This document shows positions 19,797 through 32,589 of a stretch of 64,000 nt of DNA, piece after piece. Both the position numbers and the translations under genes were made by a program. Source of the DNA: Gammaproteobacteria bacterium (GTDB lineage Bacteria; Pseudomonadota; Gammaproteobacteria; Eutrophobiales; Eutrophobiaceae); assembly GCA_965222155.1 (NCBI GenBank), contig CBDCTH010000012.1:96001-160000 (forward strand). The letters run 5' to 3'. A model generated the notes under the pieces. It was not told the origin of the DNA and did no database searches. It was given only the letters and a program-made list of their open reading frames with translations. Every line of letters starts with the position of its first letter. Position 1 is the stretch's first letter.

Positions 19797-21947
19797 TCAG
19801 ATAAGAAAATCCCCCGCATCCGGCAGCGCGGTCAGGTTCGCCAGCAGGATGGTGCCGCCGCCGATGTCGCTGAGATCGACGGTCACGCCGTCATCGCCGG
19901 TCGTCATGGAAATATCGTCGATGCCCTCAATATCAAAGGCCGTGAGGTCCACTTTATCGGTCCCGCTGAAGAAATCCGTCACGGTGTCCGCGCCGTCCCC
20001 GGGACTAAACACGAACACGTCCTCACCGGGACCGCCGACCAGCCGGTCCTCTCCGGGGCCGCCGCGGAGGGTATCATCGCCCTGCCCCCCGAACAGCCGG
20101 TCGTTGCCCGGCCCGCCGGTCATCTCATCGTCACCGCCGCCCGGGCCACCGTACAGGGTGTCGTTGCCGCCGCCACCGTCAATGACGTTGTCGCGCCGGT
20201 CGCCGGCCAGTACGTCGCTGTGTGCCGAACCGGTGAGGTTCTCGACGTCAGGCAGGGATTCGCTTTGCTCCTGCCCGTTCGCGTCCGTATAAGTCACGTC
20301 CACAAGACCGGGAAAGGTATCGCCGTCGGCATCCCCGCCATTGGTCGCCCGGCTGTGCAGGCGCACGGTCACCCCGTCCGGTGAATTTGTGTAGGACGCC
20401 GTGTCCATGCCGTTCTCGCCATGTAACTGGTCGGCGCCAGCACCCCCTTCCAATACGTCGTCACCACCATTGCCCCAAAGCCTGTCGTTGCCGATAACTA
20501 CATCGTTTCCAAACCCGGCAATGAAATTCTCAATCAAGATGTCACGAGCGATGATCAGGTTGCCGACCTCTCCATAGACATCCGAGATCCCTTCTGGACG
20601 CAGGTCAACCTGTTGGTCGATCGTATCCGTATGCAGATCCAACGTGTCCGTACCACCGTTGTCATAGAGTGTAAACGAGGTTCGATGGGTGAGACCTTTT
20701 GCGATAAATTCGGAGTTCGAGGCAGTACCGGCATTCTCAGCGTAGTGAAAGTTGCCGTCGGAATTCCCGAAGGCAAGATCAAGGTCACCGTCATCATCAA
20801 TATCGACCAATACGGGAGCAATATAAATATGCAGATTCCCGTTAATGTGCGCCAGTGGATTGGCTATGTCGGTACGTTGTGTAAATTGAAGGTTGGTGAC
20901 TGTGCCTGTGTTTTCGTAGTAGTTAATAATAACTTGACCATCAGAGACTTCACCAATAATGAGATCTATATCGCCGTCGCCATCCAGATCGGCCAGATCC
21001 GGAGAGGAGGCAAAGCGGCGGGAACTCTCATCGAAGATACCGTCCAACGGACTTGCCTCTCCGGTGAGATGCGTGAAAACAGGAGTAGTTGCTGTGCCGG
21101 TGTTCTCGAAATAGGCGATATTCCCGTAAAAATCTCTAAGAAGAATCAGGTCAATATCGCCGTCGTCGTCAAGGTCGGCCAGTGCAGGGGAGAGGTCGCT
21201 GTATAATCCTTCATCAATACTGTCCAAAGGATTCGCTGCGCCGGTACGTCGGGTGAAGCTAGGGCTGGTAGCTGTGCCGGTATTCTCATAGTAGGCCATG
21301 GTGCCCCGGATATCTACTACAATGAGGTCAACATCGCTGTCGTTGTCGATGTCAGCCAGAGTATGGTCAATGTACCACAATTGGTCATTAATATCGTCCA
21401 ACGGATTGGCTTCGCCGATACGTTGGGTGAAGTCGGGGTTGGTAGCCGTACCCGTGTTTTCGAAGTAGTTAATGTTATAGATGCCCCCAACTACGAGGTC
21501 AAGGTCGTCGTCGCCGTCTAGGTCGGCAAAGTCAAGCTTACTGTTTAAATTCGTATTGATACTGACGAAGGGATTGTCCTGCTCGGTCCACAGTTTAAAG
21601 AATTCTCCCAGGTAACCGTCCACATTGGAATGGTAGCCATACACGGTGTCACCTGTGTTGATATCGGTGGGGGTGCCATAGAGATTCTGGATCGCAATAA
21701 TATCCACGATCATGGGGGTGAGAATGTAGCTACCATCGGCTGTTATGTAGGTATTGAAACCTCGATCAATATAGGACATCAAAGTTGCCTGATCGGAGTC
21801 GATCAGAAATATGTTGTCGACTCCAAAATTGGCCACAGGATTGTCGATATCTGTTGGGTAGGGTCCCGGATGACCGAGGCCTAGCGCATGACCTATCTCA
21901 TGGAGATAGGCATAGAAGGTATAACTGTAAATTGTGTCTCCGTACTC
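19797..21947 (-). pseudogene. 5'-truncated serralysin-like (M10B) metalloprotease with FG-GAP repeats and RTX Ca-binding repeats
   Basis: In frame upstream of the tracked ORF: YAYLHEIGHALGLGHP and Met-turn TLMSY; DLDGDGDIDL repeats; GGxGxD repeats; frame runs into the 38-bp repeat with no start codon. Confidence 0.8.
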
Positions 21948-22440
21948 AGAGTATTTTCCAACATGAAATGAGCCTGAAGGCGGGAGTCACCGATAATAAG
22001 GAAGTGCTGGAAGATAAGAGAGAGTGTTTCAGCCCCCTTACGTGAACGAGTGATTCCCTATGTGCAGATGCATGAATTCGAGGACTTGCTGTTCTCCTCG
22101 CCGGATGCCATTGAAAATAACATCCGGGAAAAGGGGCTATCGGTCTGGGCACAGAAAGTGCTTAAGGAATTTGGAAAAAACCCTGAACAAATCAATGAAT
22201 CAGAACAAACCGCACCCTCAAAGAGGCTGTTATCCCAAGCAAACTACATAAAAACGGTGCATGGACCAGACATCGCCGCAGAAATAGGCTTGGAGGCTTT
22301 AAGAGACCAATGCTCTGGTTTCGGCGCCTGGTTCAATCAATTGGAAGGACTGCGGGCATGAGACCCTCGGTCCTGGGAGTTGGCGGGAATTGCTTTGCCT
22401 CAGTGAATCCACTCACGCACACAGGATAAAGCACCTCTCG

Positions 22441-23164
22441 TCACTTCCTGATTTTGACGAGTATAACGGAAATATTATCTTTCCCGCCGTTTTCATTTGC
22501 CAAGCGTACCAATTCCTCTGTCGCTCGGTTAAGATCGGTATCGTATTCGGCCAGGGCTGTCTGAATGTCTTCATCGTTTACCATGTCGGTCAGGCCGTCT
22601 GAGCACAGCAGGTAAGTATCTCCCGGCAGGACAGACTCCTCCATCATGTCGACCAGTACATATTCCTCAATTCCCAGAGCCCGGTCCAGCCAGGGCCAGG
22701 TGAAATGGTCCTCGGTCAGTTGTGTGAAGTTATGTTTCCTTTTTTGGTACAGGCGTGAGTCACCCACGTGGGCGGTTGTAATCAGGTCATCATGAAAGGC
22801 ACAAACCACGATGGTGGTTCCCATTCCTTGGTACTCGATCTCCTTTTGAGCCTTGGCATGGATGGCCGAATTCGCATGAACGACTGCTTGTTCCACGACG
22901 TGAGAGATGCTGCTTAACCCGGTTTTTTCGTCTATCCGGTTGCTGTCCGCATCCTTGAGTCCTTGCAGGATTAGCTCATGGGCCACAGTCACAGCGAGAG
23001 CGCTGGCGACTTCCCCGGCGTTGTGTCCCCCCAGACCATCGGCCAGGATCACGAGTCCTGTATCAGCGTCGGTTAAAATGCTGTCTTCATTCTGAAGGCG
23101 CTCTCTACCCCTGTCGGAGAGGGCCGCGACAGTGATGTCACCAGTCGCGTTCCCAGTGCCGGCT
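22441..23164 (-). pseudogene. PP2C-type Ser/Thr phosphatase; 5' end cut by IS3 remnant
   Basis: SDRGRERLQNED, ADGLGGHNAGEVAS, HVGDSRLY, LCSDGLTD, GGKDN; open frame extends to the IS end without an ATG. Confidence 0.75.
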
Positions 23165-23420
23165 TGAAGTGGTACCCAAAAACTGGACAGGTTGTTAAGC
23201 TCTGATATTGAGGAATAGAGAGTATAAGCAATGAGTAAAAAAACGACAACAGTATTCCGGTGAGTTTAACGCGAAGGTTGCCTTCGCTGCGGTGCGGGGC
23301 GATGAGACGGTGCCGCAACTGGCCACCCGGTAGGGGTTGCATCCGACCCGGGTGAATGCCTGGAAGCGGCCATTGACGTCACGGGCCAGTGAGTTGTTTG
23401 CCCGCGGGCAGGGCAACCGG
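23165..23420 (+). mobile_element. IS3-family left end and degenerate orfA
   Basis: TGAAGTGGTACCCAAAAACTGGACA end; EFNAKVAFAAVRGDETVPQLATR*GLHPTRVNAWKR with frameshift and TAG. Confidence 0.7.
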
Positions 23421-23435
23421 ACTAACCTAATCTGA

Positions 23436-24008
23436 TTAATGGCTCGACGCGGCTGAACTGAACATTTTGTCCAGTTCCTCTTCGTCGTGTATTCTCTGCT
23501 CGAGTTCTCTGACAACCTCAGGTTTATGCCCTATGCAATTCAGTACCCTGCTATATGGAATGAGTTGCGATGTATCTCCGGGGTCTTCCCACTCCGGGCA
23601 AATCTGATGCGTAATATCGCGGAGCTTGTACTTGTCATATTTACCGAACTTGTCCCATATGAAATCAAGAATCTCCATATCTGCGTCACTTAATTGCGTC
23701 AACTTATCGGCGGGGTCGTGCGCTGGTTGTAATCCTGGCTGGTGTCCTGCCCTGGCGCTGATCCAGCTTTCCCATCCTCCTTCTTCTGAATCTATGAAAC
23801 CATTAATATGATCCAGTGTTTTAGATAATACCGGACCATGTTTCATGGAAACCAGGACATCGCCTGTGATAGGCTCACCATACCTGGTAAGAGATTCGCG
23901 CTCGGCCAGATACATTAATTTCATAAGTTTTAATAATTCGATTGTGCCGCCAGCGCGAGAAATAAAGAATGCGGCAGTCTGTGCCGCCCGCTTTTCACTA
24001 TATGCCAT
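23436..24008 (-). CDS. Panacea (DUF4065/SocA) domain antitoxin, solitary
   Basis: LKLMKLMYLAERESL..YGEPITGD...MKHGPV, TH..CPEW. Confidence 0.8.
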   Translation of the reverse strand: MAYSEKRAAQTAAFFISRAGGTIELLKLMKLMYLAERESLTRYGEPITGDVLVSMKHGPVLSKTLDHINGFIDSEEGGWESWISARAGHQPGLQPAHDPADKLTQLSDADMEILDFIWDKFGKYDKYKLRDITHQICPEWEDPGDTSQLIPYSRVLNCIGHKPEVVRELEQRIHDEEELDKMFSSAASSH

Positions 24009-24105
24009 ATAAGATGCTCACTGATGTTCCCTGAGATGTGGATAAGGGTCCTATTAATCGATATATACTCTTCTGCTGAATCAGTCAAGTGAACGGTTCT
24101 CAGAA

Positions 24106-24281
24106 CAGCCGTTCCCGCTAACTCCCGGGAGCTAGGGCATCCTGCCCTCGTGGAGGGCGAGACGCCCTCGATCCCAGGGGAACATGCCCGTGACTCCTGG
24201 GGGACAGATTTAAATCTGTCCCCTCTGTCTTCGAATCCGGCAAGAATCACTGTATTGACTTCGAGTTAGCGGGAGAACCTG
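24106..24281. mobile_element. 176-bp MITE
   Basis: CAGCCGTTCCCGCTAACTC...GAGTTAGCGGGAGAACCTG; 9-bp TSD TTCTCAGAA. Confidence 0.88.
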
Positions 24282-24400
24282 TTCTCAGAATGCTTTCCGT
24301 TGTATCTACCATTAATTCCAACCTGCTGTTCAACCGGGGGTATACTGATTTTTCCTTAATCGTTGTTCACGAACTGTCGCATGCACATATTGACCCACGG

Positions 24401-25651
24401 CTAAGGTCGGAAAGATGAATCCGGGTCTGCCGGTTCCGGACGAGTGTTCCGTGAAGCGGGCGCAGCCTTCGGCAGGCTGAAATGGAGCAGTACACAGGCC
24501 GCCAGCGCAGACAGGAACGAACCCACCAGGATACCCAGGCGGTCTCCGCTGAAGTAATCACCACTCCCGTGCTCAAAGGCCAGGCCGGCGATAAACAGGC
24601 TCATGGTAAAACCGATACCGCAGGCAAAGGCCACGCCGAGCAACTGTGGCCAGTTGACGTCTTTTGGCAATCGGGCCAGCCCCAGGGCGACGGCGAGGCC
24701 GACGAAGAGCATGATTCCGAGTGGTTTGCCCACCAGCAAACCGGTTGTCACACCGAGGGTGACGGGATGCGTAAACTCGTTGAGGGACACGCTTGCTACT
24801 GACAGCCCGCCATTTACAAAAGCGAAAGCCGGGAGAATTACAAATGCGACGGGACCGTGCAGGTTGTGTTCCAGTTCGCGCAGGGGAGAGGTTCCCTGCT
24901 CATCGCGTATTGGTACGCAAAAAGCGATGAGCACGCCGGCCAGCGTTGCATGGACCCCTGATTTCAATACGGCGACCCACAACACCACACCCAGTAATAT
25001 ATAGCTTGAAGTGCGCGTCACGCCCATGCGGTTCATGACGGCAGCAATGGTGAGAGTAATAATCCCGATGAGCAGCATGCCGGGTGACAAATCACCCGAA
25101 TAGAAAAGTGCGATGATGGTGATGGCTGCGAGATCATCCAGTATCGCCAGTGTGAGTAAAAAAACCTTGAGAGAAGTGGGTACGCGAGCGCCGAATGCGC
25201 CTAACAGGGCGATCGCAAATGCGATATCGGTAGCAACCGGGATCGCCCAACCGTCTAAAGCGACGGCATCTCCCCGGTTGAGCCAGACATAGATTAACGC
25301 GGGCAGGATCATGCCGCCGAGCGCGCCCATTCCCGGAACAACGACTTGCTCAAAAGACGACAGTTCCCCCTCCATGATCTCACGTTTGATTTCGAGCCCC
25401 ACCAGGAAAAAAAATACTGCCATAAGTCCGTCGTTCACCCAGAGGAAAAGGGGTTTGTTAATGACCAGGGCACCGACCTGAATTGCTACCGTCGTATCGA
25501 GAAGAGCGGCATATACACCTGACAATGGCGAATTTGCGACCAGCATTGCCACGGCGCCGGCAATGAGCAGGAGGACGCCTCCCGTTGTCTCCAGTTGCAG
25601 GAACTCGCGCAGGGCCTCAGCTATGGGTGATGTTTTCTCTTGTGTTTCCAT
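24401..25651 (-). CDS. nhaA: Na+/H+ antiporter NhaA
   Basis: WVNDGLMAVFF, ATDIAFA, LAILDDL, KSGVHAT, CGIGFTMSLFI. Confidence 0.95.
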   Translation of the reverse strand: METQEKTSPIAEALREFLQLETTGGVLLLIAGAVAMLVANSPLSGVYAALLDTTVAIQVGALVINKPLFLWVNDGLMAVFFFLVGLEIKREIMEGELSSFEQVVVPGMGALGGMILPALIYVWLNRGDAVALDGWAIPVATDIAFAIALLGAFGARVPTSLKVFLLTLAILDDLAAITIIALFYSGDLSPGMLLIGIITLTIAAVMNRMGVTRTSSYILLGVVLWVAVLKSGVHATLAGVLIAFCVPIRDEQGTSPLRELEHNLHGPVAFVILPAFAFVNGGLSVASVSLNEFTHPVTLGVTTGLLVGKPLGIMLFVGLAVALGLARLPKDVNWPQLLGVAFACGIGFTMSLFIAGLAFEHGSGDYFSGDRLGILVGSFLSALAACVLLHFSLPKAAPASRNTRPEPADPDSSFRP

Positions 25652-25652
25652 G

Positions 25653-25835
25653 TCACTCCCGGATTTTAATCAAGGTGACTTCCCCGGCGTTGTGGCATCC
25701 CCGGCCATCGGCCGGGATCGCGACACCTATGCCGACATCGGTTAAAATGCTGTCTTCGTTCTGAAGGCGCATTCTACCCCTGTCGGAGCAGGCTGCAATA
25801 GTGATGTTCCGGTAGCGCTCACTGTACCGGCTTGT
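25653..25835 (-). pseudogene. Internally deleted second copy of the PP2C gene
   Basis: SDRGRMRLQNEDSILTD..ADGRGCHNAGEV joined directly to C-terminal TLIKIRE*; DNA similar to both ends of 22441-23164. Confidence 0.75.
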
Positions 25836-25852
25836 GGACAGACCCGGTCGTG

Positions 25853-26176
25853 TTATCGCTCCAGGTGTTGGAGCTTGCCTGTTACCTCTTTCCAATCGTC
25901 GGCATCTGCAGGGGCATCTTTCATCTCATTGATGACGGGCCACTGCCTGGAGAGTTCTGCGTTCAGGTCAATGAATCCCTGCATGCTCTCATCGACGTCT
26001 TCATCAGACATAATGGCGTCTACCGGGCATTCGGGTTCACATAAGGTGCAATCAATACACTCGTCAGGGTCAATAACCAGCATATTCGGACCTTCATGGA
26101 AGCAATCAACCGGGCATACTTCTACGCAATCAGTATATTTACACTTGATGCAGCTTTCTGTGACGACAAAAGTCAT
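25853..26176 (-). CDS. fdxA: 7Fe ferredoxin
   Basis: [18 protein letters not shown]...[12 protein letters not shown]; adjacent to mutS. Confidence 0.93.
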   Translation of the reverse strand: MTFVVTESCIKCKYTDCVEVCPVDCFHEGPNMLVIDPDECIDCTLCEPECPVDAIMSDEDVDESMQGFIDLNAELSRQWPVINEMKDAPADADDWKEVTGKLQHLER

Positions 26177-26279
26177 AAGGACATCCTACCATAGTTGAGT
26201 TACGATAAAGTTAACTGCAATTATACCTTGTTTCTGCACTTTATGGCAAAAGGAAGGTTCATCCACTATCAAATAAAAT

Positions 26280-28838
26280 CTATCCATTCTCTGCCATCAG
26301 TTTGCGTAATCGATATAATATTTCCAAAGCCTGTTTGGGCGTAATGGTGTCCGGGTCGACCTCATTCAATAATTCCCGCAATTCATCGGGTTGTTGGAAA
26401 AAGTCCTGTTGCGGCATATCCGGGAGCAGGTCTACGGTATTTTTTTCCATGATGTCGAGCTGGTGGTTCGCCTGGTTGATGACTGCGCGGGGAATACCCG
26501 CCAGTTGCGCCACCTGTATCCCGTAACTCCGGTTCGTGGCGCCGGGTTTAACCGTATACAGGAATATAATCTCGTTATTATATTTGATCGCGTCCAGGTG
26601 CGCGTTGTTTACCGTATCCACGATCTCAGGCAGGGTGGTCAATTCGAAATAGTGGGTGGCGAACAGGGTAAAAGCCCGGATATTGTTTGCCAGGTAGACG
26701 GCGCAGGCCCAGGCCAGGGCCAGACCGTCGTAGGTGCTGGTGCCGCGGCCTATTTCGTCTATCAATACCAGGCTCTTGTCTGTAGCGTTGTTCAGGATTG
26801 CTGCGGTTTCCACCATTTCAGCCATGAAGGTGGATTTCCCGGAGGAAATGTCATCGACCGCACCGATACGGGTGAAGATACGGTCCACAGGGCCAAGGAC
26901 TGCCTTGTCGGCGGGGACGAAACTGCCGGTATGGGCCAGCAGGGTGATGAGCGCAGTCTGGCGCATGTAAGTTGATTTACCTCCCATATTCGGACCTGTA
27001 ATCAACAGCATCCTGGTTGAATCGTTCAGCCGGATATCATTGGCAATAAAGGGATTAGTCTGTAAGCGTTCGACCACGGCGTGACGGCCCGCCCGGATAT
27101 CAAGCCCGGGGGTCTCGACGAATTCGGGTTGACAGTAATCGAGTACGTCTGCCCGTTCGGCAAAACAGGCCAGCACGTCTGTCTCACAAAGCCCTGCTGC
27201 GGTTGTTTGCAAGGGGGTCAGGTCGGTACAAATGCGATCCAGAATTTGCTCGTACAATAATTTTTCCCGCGCCAGTGCGCGTTCCTTTGCGCTCAGCGTT
27301 TTATCTTCGAATTCTTTCAATTCCGTCGTGATGAAGCGTTCCGTGGATTTCAGGGTTTGCCGCCTGCGATAGCGCTCCGGAACGGCTTCGCTGTGTAACC
27401 GGGAAACTTCTATGTAGTAGCCATGCACGCGGTTGAAACCCACTTTCAGTGTGGGAATGCCGGTATGTTCCCGCTCGCGTTCTTCAAGCGAATTCAGGAA
27501 TGTTCCGGCATCCCGACCCAGTTGCCGCAGTTGGTCCAGCTCAGCATCGAAACCATCCGCGATCACGCGGCCGTCGCGGATGCTTGCCGCCGGCGTTTCC
27601 AGCAACGCGTTTCCCAGATACGTCTTCAACTCGGGAAACTCCTGAAGCGCTTCATTGAGTTCATTCACACGCGGACTGTTCACAGTAGCCAGTACTGATT
27701 TCAGGTCCGGCAGCCGGAGCAGTGACTTATGCAGTTGCGTCAGGTCCCTGGGGCGAGCGGATTTCAGGGCGACCCGCGCCAGGATGCGTTCCAGGTCGTT
27801 TACATGTTTCAATGATTCGTGGACAACAGCGTAAGTTTTGCCGGTTGACAGGTGGTTAACGGCATCATGGCGCAGCCGCAGGGTCAGTTGATCGCGCAGG
27901 GGCCGATTCAGCCAGCGTTTCAGCAGCCGGCTGCCCATCGTCGTCGCGGTCGTATCCAGTACGCCCAGCAGGCTGTATGCTTTCCTGCCCCTGAGGTCCT
28001 GTTCAAGCTCCAGGTTGCGTCGGCTGACGGCATCGAGGATGATGCTGTCCGTGCGGTGTTCTACCTTAATCGGTTGCAGGTGCAGTAACGCCGTGCTCTG
28101 GGTTTCATTGACGTATTGCAACAGGGCGCCTGCTGCCGCGGTTGCCGCCGCTAACCCGGCGCAGCCCAGCCCTTCCAGTTCTGTGACCTGGTATTGCCGC
28201 TTGATGAGGTTTGACGCGCTGGCGTAATCGAAATACCACGCGGCGCGGGATACCACACTGTTACAGGAAATACCCGGGTTTTGTTCCAGTTCGCTGCCTT
28301 CACAGATTAACAGTTCGGCGGGTTGCAGGCGCGCCAGTTCATCCTGCAATGAGCTTAAATCGGTAGTCTGGCTGACTATGAAGCGGCCGTCAGCCAGGTT
28401 CAGGCTGGCGATTCCTTGCTCATTTGCGAGGATATGTACGCAAACCAGCAGGTTGTCGGTCTTTTCTTCCAGTAACAACTCGTCGGTAACGGTGCCGGGG
28501 GTGACCACGCGGGTGACCTTTCTCTCAACCGGCCCCTTGGCCAGGGTCGGGTCGCCGATTTGCTCGCATATGGCGACCGATTCACCCAACCGGACCAACT
28601 TCGCCAGGTATGAATCAACGGCATGGTAGGGCACGCCTGCCATGGGAATGGCCTGGTTATCAGACCTGCCCCGGGAGGTCAGGGTGATGTCAAGTAGACG
28701 GGCCGCCTTGCGTGCGTCTTCAAAAAACAGCTCATAGAAATCACCCATGCGAAACAACAGCAGGATGTCGGGATAGTCAGCTTTAAAACCCAGGTATTGC
28801 TGCATCACCGGGGTGTGTGCGGGGATTATTGCAGGCAT
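26280..28838 (-). CDS. mutS: DNA mismatch repair protein MutS
   Basis: [32 protein letters not shown]. Confidence 0.97.
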   Translation of the reverse strand: MPAIIPAHTPVMQQYLGFKADYPDILLLFRMGDFYELFFEDARKAARLLDITLTSRGRSDNQAIPMAGVPYHAVDSYLAKLVRLGESVAICEQIGDPTLAKGPVERKVTRVVTPGTVTDELLLEEKTDNLLVCVHILANEQGIASLNLADGRFIVSQTTDLSSLQDELARLQPAELLICEGSELEQNPGISCNSVVSRAAWYFDYASASNLIKRQYQVTELEGLGCAGLAAATAAAGALLQYVNETQSTALLHLQPIKVEHRTDSIILDAVSRRNLELEQDLRGRKAYSLLGVLDTTATTMGSRLLKRWLNRPLRDQLTLRLRHDAVNHLSTGKTYAVVHESLKHVNDLERILARVALKSARPRDLTQLHKSLLRLPDLKSVLATVNSPRVNELNEALQEFPELKTYLGNALLETPAASIRDGRVIADGFDAELDQLRQLGRDAGTFLNSLEEREREHTGIPTLKVGFNRVHGYYIEVSRLHSEAVPERYRRRQTLKSTERFITTELKEFEDKTLSAKERALAREKLLYEQILDRICTDLTPLQTTAAGLCETDVLACFAERADVLDYCQPEFVETPGLDIRAGRHAVVERLQTNPFIANDIRLNDSTRMLLITGPNMGGKSTYMRQTALITLLAHTGSFVPADKAVLGPVDRIFTRIGAVDDISSGKSTFMAEMVETAAILNNATDKSLVLIDEIGRGTSTYDGLALAWACAVYLANNIRAFTLFATHYFELTTLPEIVDTVNNAHLDAIKYNNEIIFLYTVKPGATNRSYGIQVAQLAGIPRAVINQANHQLDIMEKNTVDLLPDMPQQDFFQQPDELRELLNEVDPDTITPKQALEILYRLRKLMAENG

Positions 28839-28869
28839 GGGTTTATTCTGGTGAAAATAGTGACAAAAG

Positions 28870-28971
28870 AAAAGAGGACAGATTTATTTTTTTCCCATCC
28901 CGGCCGCGACCGGGGACAGACTTCAGTATGTCCCCCTACCGGCTCATAAAAAAATAAATCTGTCCCCTTTT
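28870..28971. repeat. Inverted pair of GGACAGATTTA / TAAATCTGTCC REP halves
   Basis: AAAAGAGGACAGATTTATTTTTT ... AAAAAATAAATCTGTCCCCTTTT between mutS and htpG. Confidence 0.7.
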
Positions 28972-29070
28972 TTCAAGGGTAACAAATAAACTGCGCCTTT
29001 ATCACTTGAAATTCCGCACCGTCAACCCCAAATAAGGCATTTGAACACTCTGATTTATGACGGGGATACC

Positions 29071-30954
29071 ATGACTGTAGATACAAAAAAAGAATTGCTT
29101 GGTTTTCAAACCGAGGCCCAGCAATTACTGGACCTGATGATCCATTCCTTGTACGGCAACCAGGAGATCTTTCTGCGTGAACTGATCTCAAACGCCTCCG
29201 ATGCTGCCGACAGGTTGCGCTTTGAGGGTTTACAGGACGACAGCCTGTTTGAAGACGAACCAGAACTGAACATCAGGGTGGAGTATAACAAGACTCAAAA
29301 AACGATCACCGTCCTCGATAACGGCATAGGCATGTCCAGGCAGGAGGTGGTCGATAACCTGGGCACCATCGCCAAGTCGGGCACCAGGCAGTTTTTTGCC
29401 TCCCTGACCGGTGACCAGACCAAGGATTCACAACTGATAGGACAGTTCGGCGTGGGGTTTTACTCTTCTTTTATCGTTGCGGAGAAAGTGGAGGTCGTCA
29501 GCCGGCGCGCCGGTCTGCCCCGGGAGGAGGGCGTGCGCTGGGCTTCCGACGGCAAGAGCGAATATACTGTGGAGAGCGTAGACCGGCCGAAGCGGGGAAC
29601 CAAGGTAGTCTTGTACTTGCGTAAAGAGGCCAAGGAATTCCTGGATGGCTACCGGCTGCGCAGTATAATCAACAAGTATTCGGATCATATCTCCCTGCCC
29701 ATCGTCATGCCGAAAGAGGGCGAGGATGAAAAAGGGGAAGAAACGGTCAACACGGCAACGGCATTATGGACCCGTAATAAAAAGGATATCAAGGAAGAGG
29801 AATACAATGAGTTCTATAAAACCGTATCCCACGATTTTGAAGATCCGCTTTGTCATATCCACAACAAGGTGGAAGGCAAGCTGGAGTACTCCAGTCTGTT
29901 GTTCATTCCCGCCCGCGCGCCGTTCGACTTATGGGACCGGGAACAACGGCATGGCGTCAAATTGTATGTAAAACGGGTCTTTATCATGGACGACGCAAAA
30001 CAGTTGCTGCCAGCGTATTTGCGCTTCGTAAAAGGGGTGGTGGATTCCGATGACCTGCCGTTGAATATCTCCAGGGAAATACTGCAACAGAACAAGATCA
30101 TCGAAACCATCCGTTCCGGATGCACAAAAAAGATACTGGACCTGTTGAAAAAACTGGCGGACAAGGAACCGGACAAATACAAACAATTCTGGCAGACGTT
30201 CGGCCGGGTCATGAAGGAGGGTGTCATCGATGCGCCGGATAAACGCGCTGAAATAGCGAAATTATTCCGCTTCAAATCCACCCATGAAGATACTGAGGAA
30301 GAAACCGTCTCCCTGGATGACTATATTGCCAGGATGAAGCCGGGGCAGAAAGCGATTTATTATGTCACTGCCGAGAATTACGCTACTGCAAAAAACAGCC
30401 CTCACCTTGAGATATTCCGAAAAAAAGAGACTGAAGTATTACTCCTGACCGACCCCATTGACGAGTGGCTGGTTACTCACTTGACTGAATATGAAGAGAA
30501 ACCGCTGCGGTCTGTGAACAAGGGCGAGTTGGACCTGGGTGATCTTGCCGATGATAAAAGCGAGGATGAATCCGAAGAAACTGCCGATGACAAGCTGGAC
30601 GATCTTACCGATCGTATCGGGAAAGTGCTGGATGAACGGGTGAAGGAAGTGCGCATTACCCGGCGCCTCACCGAATCACCTGCCTGCCTGGTGGCTGATG
30701 AACATGAAATGGGCCGACACCTGGAGCAGATACTGAAAGCGTCGGGGCAGGAAATTCCAGGTTCAAAACCCATCCTGGAAATCAACCCGCGCCACCCCAT
30801 CGTGGAAAAAATGCAAAACGAAGCGGATGAAAACCGCTTCAGTGACTGGGCGAATATCCTTTTTGAACAAGCCCTGTTAAGCGAAGGTGGACAGCTGGAC
30901 GATCCCGCCGGCTTTGTTCACCGGCTTAACAGCATGTTTCTGGAGTTGGCATAA
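29071..30954 (+). CDS. htpG: Chaperone HtpG (Hsp90)
   Basis: IFLRELISNASDA, LGTIAKSGT, IGQFGVGFYS, DLPLNISRE. Confidence 0.97.
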   Translation: MTVDTKKELLGFQTEAQQLLDLMIHSLYGNQEIFLRELISNASDAADRLRFEGLQDDSLFEDEPELNIRVEYNKTQKTITVLDNGIGMSRQEVVDNLGTIAKSGTRQFFASLTGDQTKDSQLIGQFGVGFYSSFIVAEKVEVVSRRAGLPREEGVRWASDGKSEYTVESVDRPKRGTKVVLYLRKEAKEFLDGYRLRSIINKYSDHISLPIVMPKEGEDEKGEETVNTATALWTRNKKDIKEEEYNEFYKTVSHDFEDPLCHIHNKVEGKLEYSSLLFIPARAPFDLWDREQRHGVKLYVKRVFIMDDAKQLLPAYLRFVKGVVDSDDLPLNISREILQQNKIIETIRSGCTKKILDLLKKLADKEPDKYKQFWQTFGRVMKEGVIDAPDKRAEIAKLFRFKSTHEDTEEETVSLDDYIARMKPGQKAIYYVTAENYATAKNSPHLEIFRKKETEVLLLTDPIDEWLVTHLTEYEEKPLRSVNKGELDLGDLADDKSEDESEETADDKLDDLTDRIGKVLDERVKEVRITRRLTESPACLVADEHEMGRHLEQILKASGQEIPGSKPILEINPRHPIVEKMQNEADENRFSDWANILFEQALLSEGGQLDDPAGFVHRLNSMFLELA

Positions 30955-31012
30955 GATAAGGTCTACGCCTCTACGATCAGTCGATAAATGCGGTGTTCTG
31001 CTTTATGAATAA

Positions 31013-31037
31013 GGGGACAGATTTTAAATCTGTCCCC
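31013..31037. repeat. REP palindrome GGGGACAGATTTAAATCTGTCCCC family
   Basis: Copies or variants at 9259, 24200, 31013, 32622, 33596, 36367, 42106, 43320, 45024, 55509, 55551, 61777, 62413 and a split copy at 6782/9225. Confidence 0.85.
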
Positions 31038-31045
31038 TTATCCGA

Positions 31046-32589
<1,544 letters not shown>

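Larger units (their letters stand above)
16437..21985. mobile_element. 5.5 kb insert bounded by identical 38-bp direct repeats
   Basis: AGAGTATTTTCCAACATGAAATGAGCCTGAAGGCGGGA at 16437-16474 and 21948-21985. Confidence 0.75.
16210..22361 (+). pseudogene. DUF4276 family (TOPRIM-like) gene split by a 5.5 kb insertion
   Basis: 5' part MVRLAISVEGSTEERF...FYDFYGF (16210-16436); 3' part ...IPYVQMHEFEDLLFS...PEQINES..TAPSKRL (21986-22361). Confidence 0.8.

Noticed and set aside
16437-21985. 38-bp direct repeats as CRISPR repeats
   Set aside because: Only two copies 5.5 kb apart, no spacer-sized gaps and no cas genes in the window.
4676-23333. Amber (TAG) recoding or suppression suggested by three in-frame TAGs (R-M gene, AAA ATPase, IS3 orfA)
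   Set aside because: The positions appear to correspond to different residues (Trp vs Tyr), each one substitution from TAG. Housekeeping genes (mutS, hom, tldD, lysS) end normally at TAG, and the local tRNA has anticodon CGC, not CTA.
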